From positions 1,209,420-1,273,419 of the forward strand of contig OZ244898.1 of NCBI GenBank assembly GCA_965221585.1: a DNA stretch of 64,000 nucleotides. Reading direction: 5' to 3'. The translations under genes were made by a program, and so were the position numbers. A model generated the notes under the pieces. The model was not told the DNA's origin, searched no databases, and saw nothing but the letters and a program-made list of their open reading frames with translations. How positions within the stretch are numbered: position 1 is the first letter of the stretch; each line of letters begins with the position of its first letter. Origin of the DNA: Candidatus Aldehydirespiratoraceae bacterium (GTDB taxonomy: Bacteria > Actinomycetota > Acidimicrobiia > Acidimicrobiales > Aldehydirespiratoraceae). This document shows positions 55,833 to 64,000 of this stretch, piece by piece.

Positions 55833-56939
55833 ATGAACAAGAACAGTAAATTGCTGCGTTTGCTCGCGGTGTTATTTGCCATCGTCCTTATCGCCGCTGC
55901 TTGTGGCGACGATGACGACTCTGGCGATGACGCCCCGGAGGAAACGGCTGGCGACGACATGGCCGAGGGCGGCGATGATATGGCCGAGGACGAAGGCGGA
56001 CGCCTCGCCGCCGTCATCGACCGCGGCTCAGTGAACTGCGGTGTCAATGACACGCTTCCTGGTTTCGGCAACATCGACGCGAACGGCAACAACGCCGGGT
56101 TCGACATCGACTTCTGTCGGGTCGTGGCAGCCGCCGTGCTCGGCGACGCCGATGCGGTGAACTACACGCCTCTCGACGCATCGCAGCGCTTCCCGACACT
56201 GCAGTCCGGTGAGATCGACCTGTTGGTCCGCAACACCACCTGGACAGCCAGCCGCGACGGCAACGAGCAGGCAAACTTCATGTTCACGACATTCTTCGAC
56301 GGCCAGGGTTTCATGGTCCGCGATGACAGCACGATCCAGTCGATCGAGGACATGGCCAACACCAACATCTGCGTGCTTCAGGGCACCACGACGCTGCTGA
56401 ACCTCAACGCGGTGCTCGGCGACAGGGGCGTCCCCTTCACGGCCGTCGAGTTCCAGTCGAACGACGAGCTCCAGCCGGCCTTCGTTGCCGGCCAGTGCGA
56501 AGTCTGGACCACGGATGCCTCCGGTTTGGCAGCATTCTCGGCGACGCTCGACGTAGGCACGCGCGTGCTCAGTGAGATCATCTCCAAGGAGCCGCTCGGA
56601 CCTGTCGTGCCCGACGGCGACACCGAATGGGCGCAGGTTGTCAACTGGGCCACGATGGCAACGGTGCAGGCCGAAGAATTCGGCATCAGCTCCGCCAACC
56701 TCAGCGACTTCATGGACAGCGAGAGCACCAACATCCGACTCTTCCTCGGTCTTCCCATCGAGGGAGAAGTGGTTGAGGTTGGTCTTGGCCTGCCCGCTGA
56801 CTTTGCGCAGAACATCATCAGCCAGGTCGGCAACTACGGCGAGATCTACGAGCGCAACCTCGCGCCCCTGGGCCTCGAGCGCGGTCCCAACGCGTTGTGG
56901 ACCGACGGCGGCCTCATGTACGTTCCGCCCTTCAGGTAA
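55833..56939 (+). CDS. aapJ: General L-amino-acid ABC transporter substrate-binding lipoprotein (AapJ/BztA-like)
   Basis: Has the lipoprotein signal LLAVLFAIVLIAAACGDDD and family-3 binding-protein blocks (GFDIDFCRVVAAAVLGDA, LLVRNTTWT). It is followed by aapQMP-like genes. Confidence 0.85.
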   Translation: MNKNSKLLRLLAVLFAIVLIAAACGDDDDSGDDAPEETAGDDMAEGGDDMAEDEGGRLAAVIDRGSVNCGVNDTLPGFGNIDANGNNAGFDIDFCRVVAAAVLGDADAVNYTPLDASQRFPTLQSGEIDLLVRNTTWTASRDGNEQANFMFTTFFDGQGFMVRDDSTIQSIEDMANTNICVLQGTTTLLNLNAVLGDRGVPFTAVEFQSNDELQPAFVAGQCEVWTTDASGLAAFSATLDVGTRVLSEIISKEPLGPVVPDGDTEWAQVVNWATMATVQAEEFGISSANLSDFMDSESTNIRLFLGLPIEGEVVEVGLGLPADFAQNIISQVGNYGEIYERNLAPLGLERGPNALWTDGGLMYVPPFR

Positions 56940-56949
56940 ACCCCCCTGC

Positions 56950-56975
56950 GAAACCGCGCTGCCGAGCGCGGTTTC
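56950..56975 (+). terminator. Perfect 11-bp stem-loop just after the binding-protein gene (intra-operon attenuator or mRNA stabiliser)
   Basis: GAAACCGCGCT-GCCG-AGCGCGGTTTC begins 11 nt after the stop. There is no clear U-tract. Confidence 0.45.
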
Positions 56976-57164
56976 CTAGAAAACTCGACAGACGATTCCG
57001 GTCGGCCCTCACAGATGATTCGAGGGTCGCCGGGATCGTCTTTTGCGTTCAGCCCATTTTCCTGAAATACTCCAGTCGTCCGAGGCGCTGGGATACTCTT
57101 CGGGAAGCTGTTCAGAACGTTGCGGTTCAACCGCTGAGTTGAAGAGAAGGGGCGCGAGGAACAG

Positions 57165-58436
57165 ATGCTCGGCAGGCTGCTGGTACTGGTGATCACTTTG
57201 ATGGTGGTAGCAGCAGTTTTTGTTGCCGGACGCTTTGTGATCGACAAGGTCACACGCCGTGACACAACTGATCGTCCTCCGCCTTGGCGAGACCTGAACG
57301 TGCTGTCGCTTGCGGCTCAGGTTCTCGCTCTCGGACTGATCGTTACCGTCGGCTCGTGGTTGTGGGCCAATTTCAGGGACCGGACAGACGATATTGGTCT
57401 TGAACTGAGCTTCGACTTCTTGAGCCAGCCGTCGGGGATCTCCATCGCAGACAACCCCCTCAGCTCGAATGCCGGAATTATCGACGCCCTTCAGCAGGGG
57501 GTCAAGAACACGTTCTTGGTGATCCTTCTGGGCATTCCGTTGTCTGTGCTGTTGGGAACCCTCATCGGCGTAGCACGGTTGTCGACCAACTGGCTGGTCA
57601 GAAAGCTAGCGACCGGTTACGTCGAATTCGTCAGGAATATCCCGCCTCTGTTGGTGATCGTGTTCCTGTGGGGAGCCGTCTTCCTGAGCTTCCCGGTCGC
57701 CGCCGGCCCCACTGCGCCGGATGCGTGGCGCCCGTTCGGCGGATGGATGATCTTCAGCAATAGCCGATTCGCTTTCCCCTCCATCATTGGTCTGGAGAAC
57801 TTCGGGGTCTACCAACTGCTTCTTGCGGCCAGTGTCGTGGCGGCGGTTGGGATTTGGATCTGGCGGACCTGGGTGTTCAACAACACGGGTGCGCCTCACC
57901 GGCGCGCGCTCTGGTCTATCGGGACCCTGGTCGTGTTGGGCGGCGTGTTCTTCTTCGCGCTCGGAGGACCGTTCGAGTTCTCCAAGACGACGATTGAAGA
58001 TCGCCTTTGGTCGGGCGGCCTGCGAATGCAGATGCCCTATGCGGCATTGATGTTGGCGCTCGTCATCTACACGGCCTCACACATTGCCGAGATTGTCAGG
58101 GGCAGCATCCTCGCCGTGCACAAAGGGCAGGTGGAGGCCTCGCATGCTCTGGCCCTCAGCGGCATCCAGCGGTATCGGTTTGTGATACTGCCTCAAGCCT
58201 TCCGCATAGCTTTCCCGCCTTTGATCAACCAGTTCCTCAACTACACCAAGAACTCATCGCTGGGAGTGGCGATCGGGTTCGCGGAGATCACCTCGATAAT
58301 CAGCAACCTGTTCGGGCAGTCTCAACCGGCTCCTCAGCTCCTGTTGATCCTCATGGTGATCTACCTCTGCTTGTCGTTGATTCTCTCGGCAATCGGCAAT
58401 CTGATCAACCGTCGACTTCAACTTAGGGGGGTGTGA
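57165..58436 (+). CDS. aapQ: Amino-acid ABC transporter permease (AapQ-like)
   Basis: Polytopic, with the His/Glu/Gln/Arg-type permease motif ASHIAEIVRGSILAVHKGQVEASHALALS. Confidence 0.85.
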   Translation: MLGRLLVLVITLMVVAAVFVAGRFVIDKVTRRDTTDRPPPWRDLNVLSLAAQVLALGLIVTVGSWLWANFRDRTDDIGLELSFDFLSQPSGISIADNPLSSNAGIIDALQQGVKNTFLVILLGIPLSVLLGTLIGVARLSTNWLVRKLATGYVEFVRNIPPLLVIVFLWGAVFLSFPVAAGPTAPDAWRPFGGWMIFSNSRFAFPSIIGLENFGVYQLLLAASVVAAVGIWIWRTWVFNNTGAPHRRALWSIGTLVVLGGVFFFALGGPFEFSKTTIEDRLWSGGLRMQMPYAALMLALVIYTASHIAEIVRGSILAVHKGQVEASHALALSGIQRYRFVILPQAFRIAFPPLINQFLNYTKNSSLGVAIGFAEITSIISNLFGQSQPAPQLLLILMVIYLCLSLILSAIGNLINRRLQLRGV

Positions 58437-59947
58437 TGTCGGTCACCGACTACGACTCCGGCACCCCGGGCGGCGTTGAGGAGCGCGACGACCTGCCACC
58501 GGCCCAGAGGTTGACAGCAGGCGTTTGGATCAGAACGAACCTGTTCAACAACTGGTACAACTCGGTGATCACCGTGGTTGTGCTCGCCTTTGTGGCCCTC
58601 GCGGTCCTGCGAGCGCTCGACTGGCTGTTCTCCTCGGACTTCCTGATTCTCCGACGCAATCTGACAGTGTTCATGGTCGGTCAGTTCCCTCGCGACGAGT
58701 TGTGGCGACCCTGGGTGTCGGGATACTTGTTGATGGGCGCCTTCGGGATCGGCTCGGGCGTGCTGTGGCGGTCGACCCAGGAGGACGCGGAAGAAAAGGG
58801 ACTGCCGACCGAACCCCATTCGTGGCCCGACCTGCTGCGCCGATTCTGGGCGATCATCGCGATACTGATCTTCTTCGTGTCGTTCGCCCGGACTGTGCCG
58901 CCCTATGTTGCCCTCGCCGGCATCTTTGTGGTGTTCTTCTGCAGCCGGGAACTCGGGCGCCGGTTCAGTGCGGCGATGCGCACCCGCGGCCTGTTCCTTT
59001 CCGGGCTGTTGACGTTGCTCTCCTTGCTGGCTCTCGCCGGGTCGGGCGGTCTTGTCGCGTTGACGGTGGGTGCGTTGCTCGGGTTTTGGGCACTGACTGA
59101 AGTGCGCGTCTACGCCGACAACAGAGGTGTGGGTGGTACCGCGCAACTACCCGCCGGGCAGCGGCGTCGACGCACGGCCATCAGATACCCGTTCAAACGA
59201 CGCGTCGGGGCGGTTGCGGCATCGCGGGTGGCGGGAGTCGCGGTCGCGGTGGGTGTGTGGTACGGGTTGAACTCAATAGACCTGAGCGGATATGGCTGGG
59301 ACAATTGGGGCGGCCTCCATCTGACTCTGTTCGTGACTGTGATCGGTGTCAGCACGGGGTTCCCTGTCGGCATCCTGTTGGCCCTGGGTCGCCAGTCGGA
59401 TCTGCCGGTGATCAAGGGCGCATCGGTGATCTTCATCGAGTTCGTCCGCGGTGTGCCGCTGATATCGCTGTTGCTGTTCTCCAGCTACATGTTGCCGTTG
59501 CTGTTTCCGAGAGACCTCGACATACCCAGTCCGTTGACGCGGGCCATGATCGTGATCACGGCCTTCTCGGCCGCATACATCGCCGAGATCGTCCGCGGAG
59601 GCCTTCAAGCCGTGCCACGGGGTCAGATCGAAGCCGCGCAGGCTGGCGGGATGTCTGCCGGCGCGATCCAGCGCCATATTGTGCTGCCTCAAGCGCTGCG
59701 TGCGGTGATCCCAGCCATGGTCGGCCAGTTCATTTCGTTGTTCAAGGACACGTCCTTGCTCGCCATCCTCAAACTTCTCGAGTTTCTCCATGCTTCGCGT
59801 GTGTCCAACTCGCAGGTTGAGTTCCTGGGACAGGGACTGGTGGACGTCACACTTCCCTTTGTTGCCCTCGGGTATTGGGCGTTCGCCTACACCATGTCCA
59901 AAGAGAGTCGTAGAGTCGAAGAGAGATTAGGAGTCGGAGTGAGATGA
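58433..59947 (+). CDS. aapM: Amino-acid ABC transporter permease (AapM-like) with a long N-terminal membrane extension
   Basis: The C-terminal half holds [29 protein letters not shown]. It has a 4-nt overlap with the neighbouring genes on both sides. Confidence 0.85.
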   Translation: MMSVTDYDSGTPGGVEERDDLPPAQRLTAGVWIRTNLFNNWYNSVITVVVLAFVALAVLRALDWLFSSDFLILRRNLTVFMVGQFPRDELWRPWVSGYLLMGAFGIGSGVLWRSTQEDAEEKGLPTEPHSWPDLLRRFWAIIAILIFFVSFARTVPPYVALAGIFVVFFCSRELGRRFSAAMRTRGLFLSGLLTLLSLLALAGSGGLVALTVGALLGFWALTEVRVYADNRGVGGTAQLPAGQRRRRTAIRYPFKRRVGAVAASRVAGVAVAVGVWYGLNSIDLSGYGWDNWGGLHLTLFVTVIGVSTGFPVGILLALGRQSDLPVIKGASVIFIEFVRGVPLISLLLFSSYMLPLLFPRDLDIPSPLTRAMIVITAFSAAYIAEIVRGGLQAVPRGQIEAAQAGGMSAGAIQRHIVLPQALRAVIPAMVGQFISLFKDTSLLAILKLLEFLHASRVSNSQVEFLGQGLVDVTLPFVALGYWAFAYTMSKESRRVEERLGVGVR

Positions 59948-60723
59948 GCGACACAGCCGTCAACGCAGACGCAACCGAGGTCCTCGGTGATGGGGACACG
60001 ATCATCAGCTTGCGTGGAGTCGACAAGTTCTTCGGAGACTTTCAGGCTCTGAGCAACATCAACATGTCAGTCGGGGAGCAGGAGGTGGTGGTGGTCATCG
60101 GGCCCTCGGGCTCGGGCAAGTCCACACTGATCCGCTGCATCAACCGCCTGGAGCGACACGACCGCGGTTCGATCGTGGTGGATGGAGTTGAGCTGTCCGA
60201 CGATATTCGGGCAATCCAGGGCATCCGCCGTGAGACGGGCATGGTGTTCCAGAGCTTCAATCTGTTTCCGCACCTGTCGGTGATGGACAACATCACCTTG
60301 GCGCCGCGCAATGTTCGCAATATTCCCAAGGCGGAAGCTGAGGCGACTGCCATGGAGCTGCTCGAGCGCGTGAAGATCCCGGACCAAGCCCGGAAGTATC
60401 CGGGCCAGCTCTCAGGCGGTCAGCAACAACGTGTGGCGATAGCTCGCTCCTTGGCGATGAAGCCGAAGGTGATGCTCTTCGATGAGCCCACCTCGGCGCT
60501 GGACCCGGAGATGATCAAGGAAGTGCTTGACACCATGAAGGATCTCGCAACAGAGGGCATGACCATGATCTGCGTCACCCACGAGATGGGTTTCGCCCGG
60601 GAGGTCGCGGACCGTGTGGTGTTCATGGCCGACGGCGAGATCGTAGAGGTCGGTCCGCCGGAGCACTTCTTCACGAACCCGACCGAAGAACGCACCAAGC
60701 TGTTCCTCAGCCAGATCCTCTAG
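59944..60723 (+). CDS. aapP: Amino-acid ABC transporter ATP-binding protein (AapP/GlnQ-like)
   Basis: Walker [10 protein letters not shown], signature [14 protein letters not shown], Walker [12 protein letters not shown] and an H-loop (CVTHEMGFA). Confidence 0.93.
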   Translation: MSDTAVNADATEVLGDGDTIISLRGVDKFFGDFQALSNINMSVGEQEVVVVIGPSGSGKSTLIRCINRLERHDRGSIVVDGVELSDDIRAIQGIRRETGMVFQSFNLFPHLSVMDNITLAPRNVRNIPKAEAEATAMELLERVKIPDQARKYPGQLSGGQQQRVAIARSLAMKPKVMLFDEPTSALDPEMIKEVLDTMKDLATEGMTMICVTHEMGFAREVADRVVFMADGEIVEVGPPEHFFTNPTEERTKLFLSQIL

Positions 60724-60744
60724 CCTCGGACACGGTCCGACATC

Positions 60745-61845
60745 ATGGAGGGAAGGGTGCCCAGACTGTTTGCTAGGTCGTGTGCGTTGATCTGCCTGGC
60801 GGGGCTGGTCGTCGCTGCCTGCGGCACAGGCAGTTCCGGCGACCGAGGCGCGGACGATCCGGCTGAGTCAACCGACCAGCCGACAGCTGTGTCCGTGGCC
60901 TCCGGACGCCTCGACGTCGTCCAGGAGCGCGGCTCGCTCAACTGTGGCGTCAACGACACGATTCCTGGTTTCGGCATAGTCAATCCCGATGGCGACAACC
61001 AAGGTTTCGACGTCGACTTCTGTCGGGTCGTGGCAGCCGCCGTGCTGGGCGACGCGGAGGCCGTCAACTATGTCGCCCTCGACTCGAGCACACGGTTCCC
61101 GACACTGCAATCAGGACAGATCGACGTGTTGATCCGCAACACCACTTGAACCGCCAGCCGTGACGGCAACGAGCAGGCGAACTTCCTGTCGACAACGTTC
61201 TTCGACGGTCAAGACTTCATGGTTCGCGCCGACAGTTCGATTCTTTCGGTCGCCGACATGTCGAACACTTCCATCTGTGTGCTGCAGGGCTCCACCACGC
61301 TGCTGAACCTCAACTCCTTGTTCAACGACCTGGATCTGCCCTTCACGCCGGTTGAATTCGTTGCCAACGATGAGCTCCAACCGGCGTTCGTGGCCGGGCA
61401 GTGCGAGGTCTGGACCTCCGACGCCTCCCAGTTGGCTGCTTTCTCGGCAACGCTTCAGGTACCGACCCGCATTCTCGGCGAGGTCATCTCCAAGGAGCCT
61501 CTCGGTCCGGTGGTATCCGACGGTGACACCCAATGGGCTCAGGTTGTGAACTGGGCCACGATGGCGACCGTGCAGGCGGAAGAGTTCGGTATCACCTCGG
61601 CCAATCTCGGCAACTTCCTGGAGAGCGAGAACACCAACATCCGCTTGTTCCTGGGGTTGCCGATCGAGGGAGAAGTCGTCGAGGTCGGACTGGGTCTCCC
61701 GGCTGATTTCGCCCAGAGGATCATCAGCCAGGTCGGCAACTATGGCGAGATTTACGAGCGCAATCTGGCCCCCTTGGGCCTCGAACGCGGCCCCAACGCG
61801 CTGTGGACCGACGGTGGTTTGATGTACTCTCCGCCGTTTAGATGA
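60745..61845 (+). pseudogene. Second AapJ-like binding-protein gene, interrupted by a single in-frame TGA (61147-61149) replacing Trp
   Basis: ORFs 60745-61149 and 61219-61845 are in the same frame. The paralogue reads LLVRNTTWTASRDGNEQANF, whereas this copy reads VLIRNTT-TGA-TASRDGNEQANF. The C-terminal 110 aa are about 90% identical to aapJ by eye. Confidence 0.8.
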
Positions 61846-61870
61846 ACCGCGGTCTAGCCTTGATTTGCTG

Positions 61871-61944
61871 GGGCGCGTAGCTCAGTTGGCTAGAGCGCTT
61901 CCCTTACAAGGAAGAAGTCGGGGGTTCGAGTCCCTCCGCGCCCA
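61871..61944 (+). tRNA. tRNA-Val (anticodon TAC)
   Basis: Hand-folded: GGGCGCG/TA/GCTC..GAGC/CTTCC-CTTACAA-GGAAG/GGGGG-TTCGAGT-CCCTC/CGCGCCC-A. Confidence 0.9.
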
Positions 61945-62048
61945 CACACGAACTTCGTGAACTGCCGGGTTTGCCCACCGTCGGTTTCGCCAACTACCGA
62001 TATTGGGTGGGCAGGCAGCAGCAAGGGGGATACTTGAGGCTCCAAATC

Positions 62049-62873
62049 ATGGCGGCGCCGGTGCTGGCCGTGGCGCTGATCACCGCATCATGTGGCGGCG
62101 ACGGGCGAGACCGCAGCGTCGGCGTGGCCACCCTGGTCGGCACGGAGTCTACGGCCTCAGACGTGCCCGTGGCCGCTGAGGTCATCACCACGGCCGCCGG
62201 ATCGCAATCCGACGAGGAGAGCATCCCCACCGCCCCGGCCGTGGGCATCGACGCCTCAGTCAGCAGCGGTGGCGCGGAGGCTTCCGGCGCTCAGCCGTCG
62301 GGCACGGAAGCCCCGCCGGAGAGCGTGGTCACCGATGAGACCTCCCAGAGCGATCCCGCTTCGGGCGACGGCGTGCAGCAGGACTCAGCGGACGAGGCGA
62401 TCAGCGACGGGGAACTCAGCGACGAGGAGATGGCGCTGGAGTTCGCCGCCTGCATGAGGGAGAACGGACTTCCCGACTTTCAGGATCCGACCGTCGACGC
62501 CAACGGCAACGTGCAGGCCAATCGGATGTTCGCCGGCCCCGGCGTGCAACTCAACTCCCAGGAGTTTCGCCAGGCGTTCAGCGCATGTCGTCAACACATC
62601 GAGGGGGCCACCTTCGGACAGGCAGGCGGCGGCTTCAACGTGACTGAGATTCAGGACACACTTCTCGGCTTTGCCCGCTGCCTCCGGTTGGAGGGGATAG
62701 AGGTGGACGACCCCGAGCTGTCGAAGCTGGTGACCGGCACCGAGGAAGACATCCCCACGCGCCTTTTCGGAGCGGCCTTCGACGTGACCGATCCCGCTGT
62801 GCAGAACGCCGTTGAGGCCTGCAGGGGTGAACTCGGCGGCCTCGCCAACGCCGGCGCGGGCGCGGGAGGATAG
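62049..62873 (+). CDS. Acidic secreted lipoprotein with two Cys-containing repeats
   Basis: Has the lipobox LITASC after MAAPVLAVA. The C-terminal half holds a duplicated motif ACMRENGLPDFQDP / RCLRLEGIEVDDP. The ORF is open from 61971. Confidence 0.6.
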   Translation: MAAPVLAVALITASCGGDGRDRSVGVATLVGTESTASDVPVAAEVITTAAGSQSDEESIPTAPAVGIDASVSSGGAEASGAQPSGTEAPPESVVTDETSQSDPASGDGVQQDSADEAISDGELSDEEMALEFAACMRENGLPDFQDPTVDANGNVQANRMFAGPGVQLNSQEFRQAFSACRQHIEGATFGQAGGGFNVTEIQDTLLGFARCLRLEGIEVDDPELSKLVTGTEEDIPTRLFGAAFDVTDPAVQNAVEACRGELGGLANAGAGAGG

Positions 62874-62911
62874 GACCGAATAATGACCGAACACCGTGGA
62901 GCGAGACGCCT

Positions 62912-64000
62912 GTGACTGACAACTCAGCCGACCAAACAGCTGCCCCGGAACCACGGCGCAGGCGCCGCTGGCTGCGCTGGACTGTGCTGGGGGTGCTGGT
63001 GCTCGCCGCCGCGGCCGGCACCGTCTGGTACCTGAACGACCAGACCGACACGGCCGACCCCGACTCCGTAGCGGCCTTCAACACCGACGTGATCGAAGTG
63101 CGCGACCTGGCGGAGACGACCAGCATCTCGGGCACGCTGGCCTACGACGACCCGCTTGTGGTCGCCGCTCCCATCAGCGGGGTGGTCGCGTACATCCCCG
63201 CCGACGGCGCGGTGCTGGAACGCGGCGACCGGTTGTTCGCTGTCGACTCGATGGTCACCGACTCACAGTTGACCGCGGCCGAACAGCGGATCGCCTCGGC
63301 GCAGGCATCGTTGGCCAACGCCGAGATCGCGCTGGAGGATCTGGAATCCGGCGCGGCAGCGTCCGACCTTGCATCCGCCGAGGCCGCAGTCGCCCAGGCC
63401 CGGCTGACGCTCGACAGACTGCTTGAGGTGCCCACCCCAGCAGAAGTGGGTGCCGCTGAGGCGGCGGTGGCCCGAGCCCAGCAGGCATACGACGACCTGA
63501 TCAGCGTTCCCACCCCAGCAGAAGTGGGCGCCGCTGAGGCGGCGGTGGCCCGAGCTCGACAGGCATACGACGACCTGATCGCAGAGCTCGACCCGACCGA
63601 CCTCGCCGAGGCCGACACTGCGATACAACAGGCCGAGCAGCGTCTCGGCTCGGCGCGCGCTAGGCGGGACCTGTCCCTCGTGTCGCTGGAGATCACTCAG
63701 GACGAGTATTGCGACTGGACCGACCGGGCGATCTGGTCGCTCTGCGGGGATGTGCCGCTGAGCGAAGCGCAGATGGTGACCCTGACCGACGGCATCGCGG
63801 AGGCACGTGAACTGGCCGAAGAAATCGGGTCGCCGTCGACCGAACAGGACTGGGCAGACCTCTCCGAGGACCTTCTGAACGCCAACCTCGCCTACCTCGC
63901 CGCCGTCTCGGACTACGACTCGGCAGTCGTCGGCCTGGAGGCGGCCTACGATGCCCGCGCCGATCTGTTGGAGGGCCCGTCGTCGGTCGACATAGAGAGC
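62912..64000 (+). CDS. HlyD/MacA-like periplasmic adaptor (membrane fusion) protein, partial; runs off the window end
   Basis: GTG 62912 has GGAG upstream and the frame is open to nt 64000 with no stop (absent from the ORF track for that reason). It has an N-terminal TM segment (WLRWTVLGVLVLAAAAG), then a lipoyl-like beta segment and long Ala-rich coiled coils. Confidence 0.7.
   Translation, partial: MTDNSADQTAAPEPRRRRRWLRWTVLGVLVLAAAAGTVWYLNDQTDTADPDSVAAFNTDVIEVRDLAETTSISGTLAYDDPLVVAAPISGVVAYIPADGAVLERGDRLFAVDSMVTDSQLTAAEQRIASAQASLANAEIALEDLESGAAASDLASAEAAVAQARLTLDRLLEVPTPAEVGAAEAAVARAQQAYDDLISVPTPAEVGAAEAAVARARQAYDDLIAELDPTDLAEADTAIQQAEQRLGSARARRDLSLVSLEITQDEYCDWTDRAIWSLCGDVPLSEAQMVTLTDGIAEARELAEEIGSPSTEQDWADLSEDLLNANLAYLAAVSDYDSAVVGLEAAYDARADLLEGPSSVDIES
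63428..63583 (+). repeat. Tandem 78-bp (26-aa) in-frame duplication inside the adaptor coiled coil
   Basis: VPTPAEVGAAEAAVARAQQAYDDLIS (63428-63505) is followed by VPTPAEVGAAEAAVARARQAYDDLIA (63506-63583). The two copies differ by only a few nucleotides. Confidence 0.85.

Noticed and set aside
53912-61149. Genome-wide reassignment of TGA (to Trp or Cys) as an explanation for the two in-frame TGAs.
   Set aside because: Many well-supported genes in the window terminate at TGA at the expected protein length (for example lipA, ku, uppS, ybeY and the bcp frame itself). The standard code therefore applies.

Overview
This window is a high-GC actinobacterial-type chromosomal segment. The evidence is the dlaT-lipB-lipA order, ramB-aceB-aceA, an F420/LLM-type oxidoreductase and Ku plus a stand-alone LigD polymerase; the taxon call is inference only. 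About 70% is ordinary core genome: lipoate synthesis, an M24 peptidase and NHEJ (ku, ligD-pol). It also holds a reductive-pyrimidine/hydantoinase cluster with a NitT/TauT-type ABC importer, and the glyoxylate shunt (aceA, aceB, ramB). The conserved block phoH-ybeY-corC-era ... recO ... glyQS-dnaG-sigma follows, then metY, an AapJQMP-type amino-acid ABC operon and 6 tRNA genes.

The accessory part is 5.99-24.55 kb. It looks like two tandem integrase-headed islands ending at the 3' end of tRNA-Lys. Island A (about 6.0-18.4 kb) is visibly lower in GC and is bracketed by about 155-bp direct repeats derived from the same integrase gene segment. It carries AbiEi/AbiEii, an intact MmeI-family Type IIL restriction-modification enzyme, and four or five uncharacterised, mostly solitary genes. 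These are a 330-aa protein, a DUF2971-like protein, a 289-aa protein, a frameshifted DUF5677-like gene and a truncated DUF2188-like ORF. Island B starts with a decayed integrase. It carries an unannotatable two-gene cassette whose second protein joins a winged helix to a TIR / nucleoside-2-deoxyribosyltransferase-like Rossmannoid domain. It also carries a HEPN remnant and a wHTH-nucleotidyltransferase fusion.

Outside the islands, the most notable observations are:
- A Bcp peroxiredoxin with an in-frame TGA exactly at the peroxidatic Cys, followed by a SECIS-like hairpin (candidate selenoprotein).
- A single-ORF LipB-LipA fusion.
- A dihydropyrimidinase / beta-ureidopropionase operon with an LLM oxidoreductase and no dihydropyrimidine dehydrogenase in the operon.
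- A dispersed GC-rich intergenic repeat family.
- A recently inactivated (TGG to TGA) paralogue of the amino-acid binding protein.

All calls come from reading the sequence and the ORF translations. No database search or computation was run, and percentages are eye counts.
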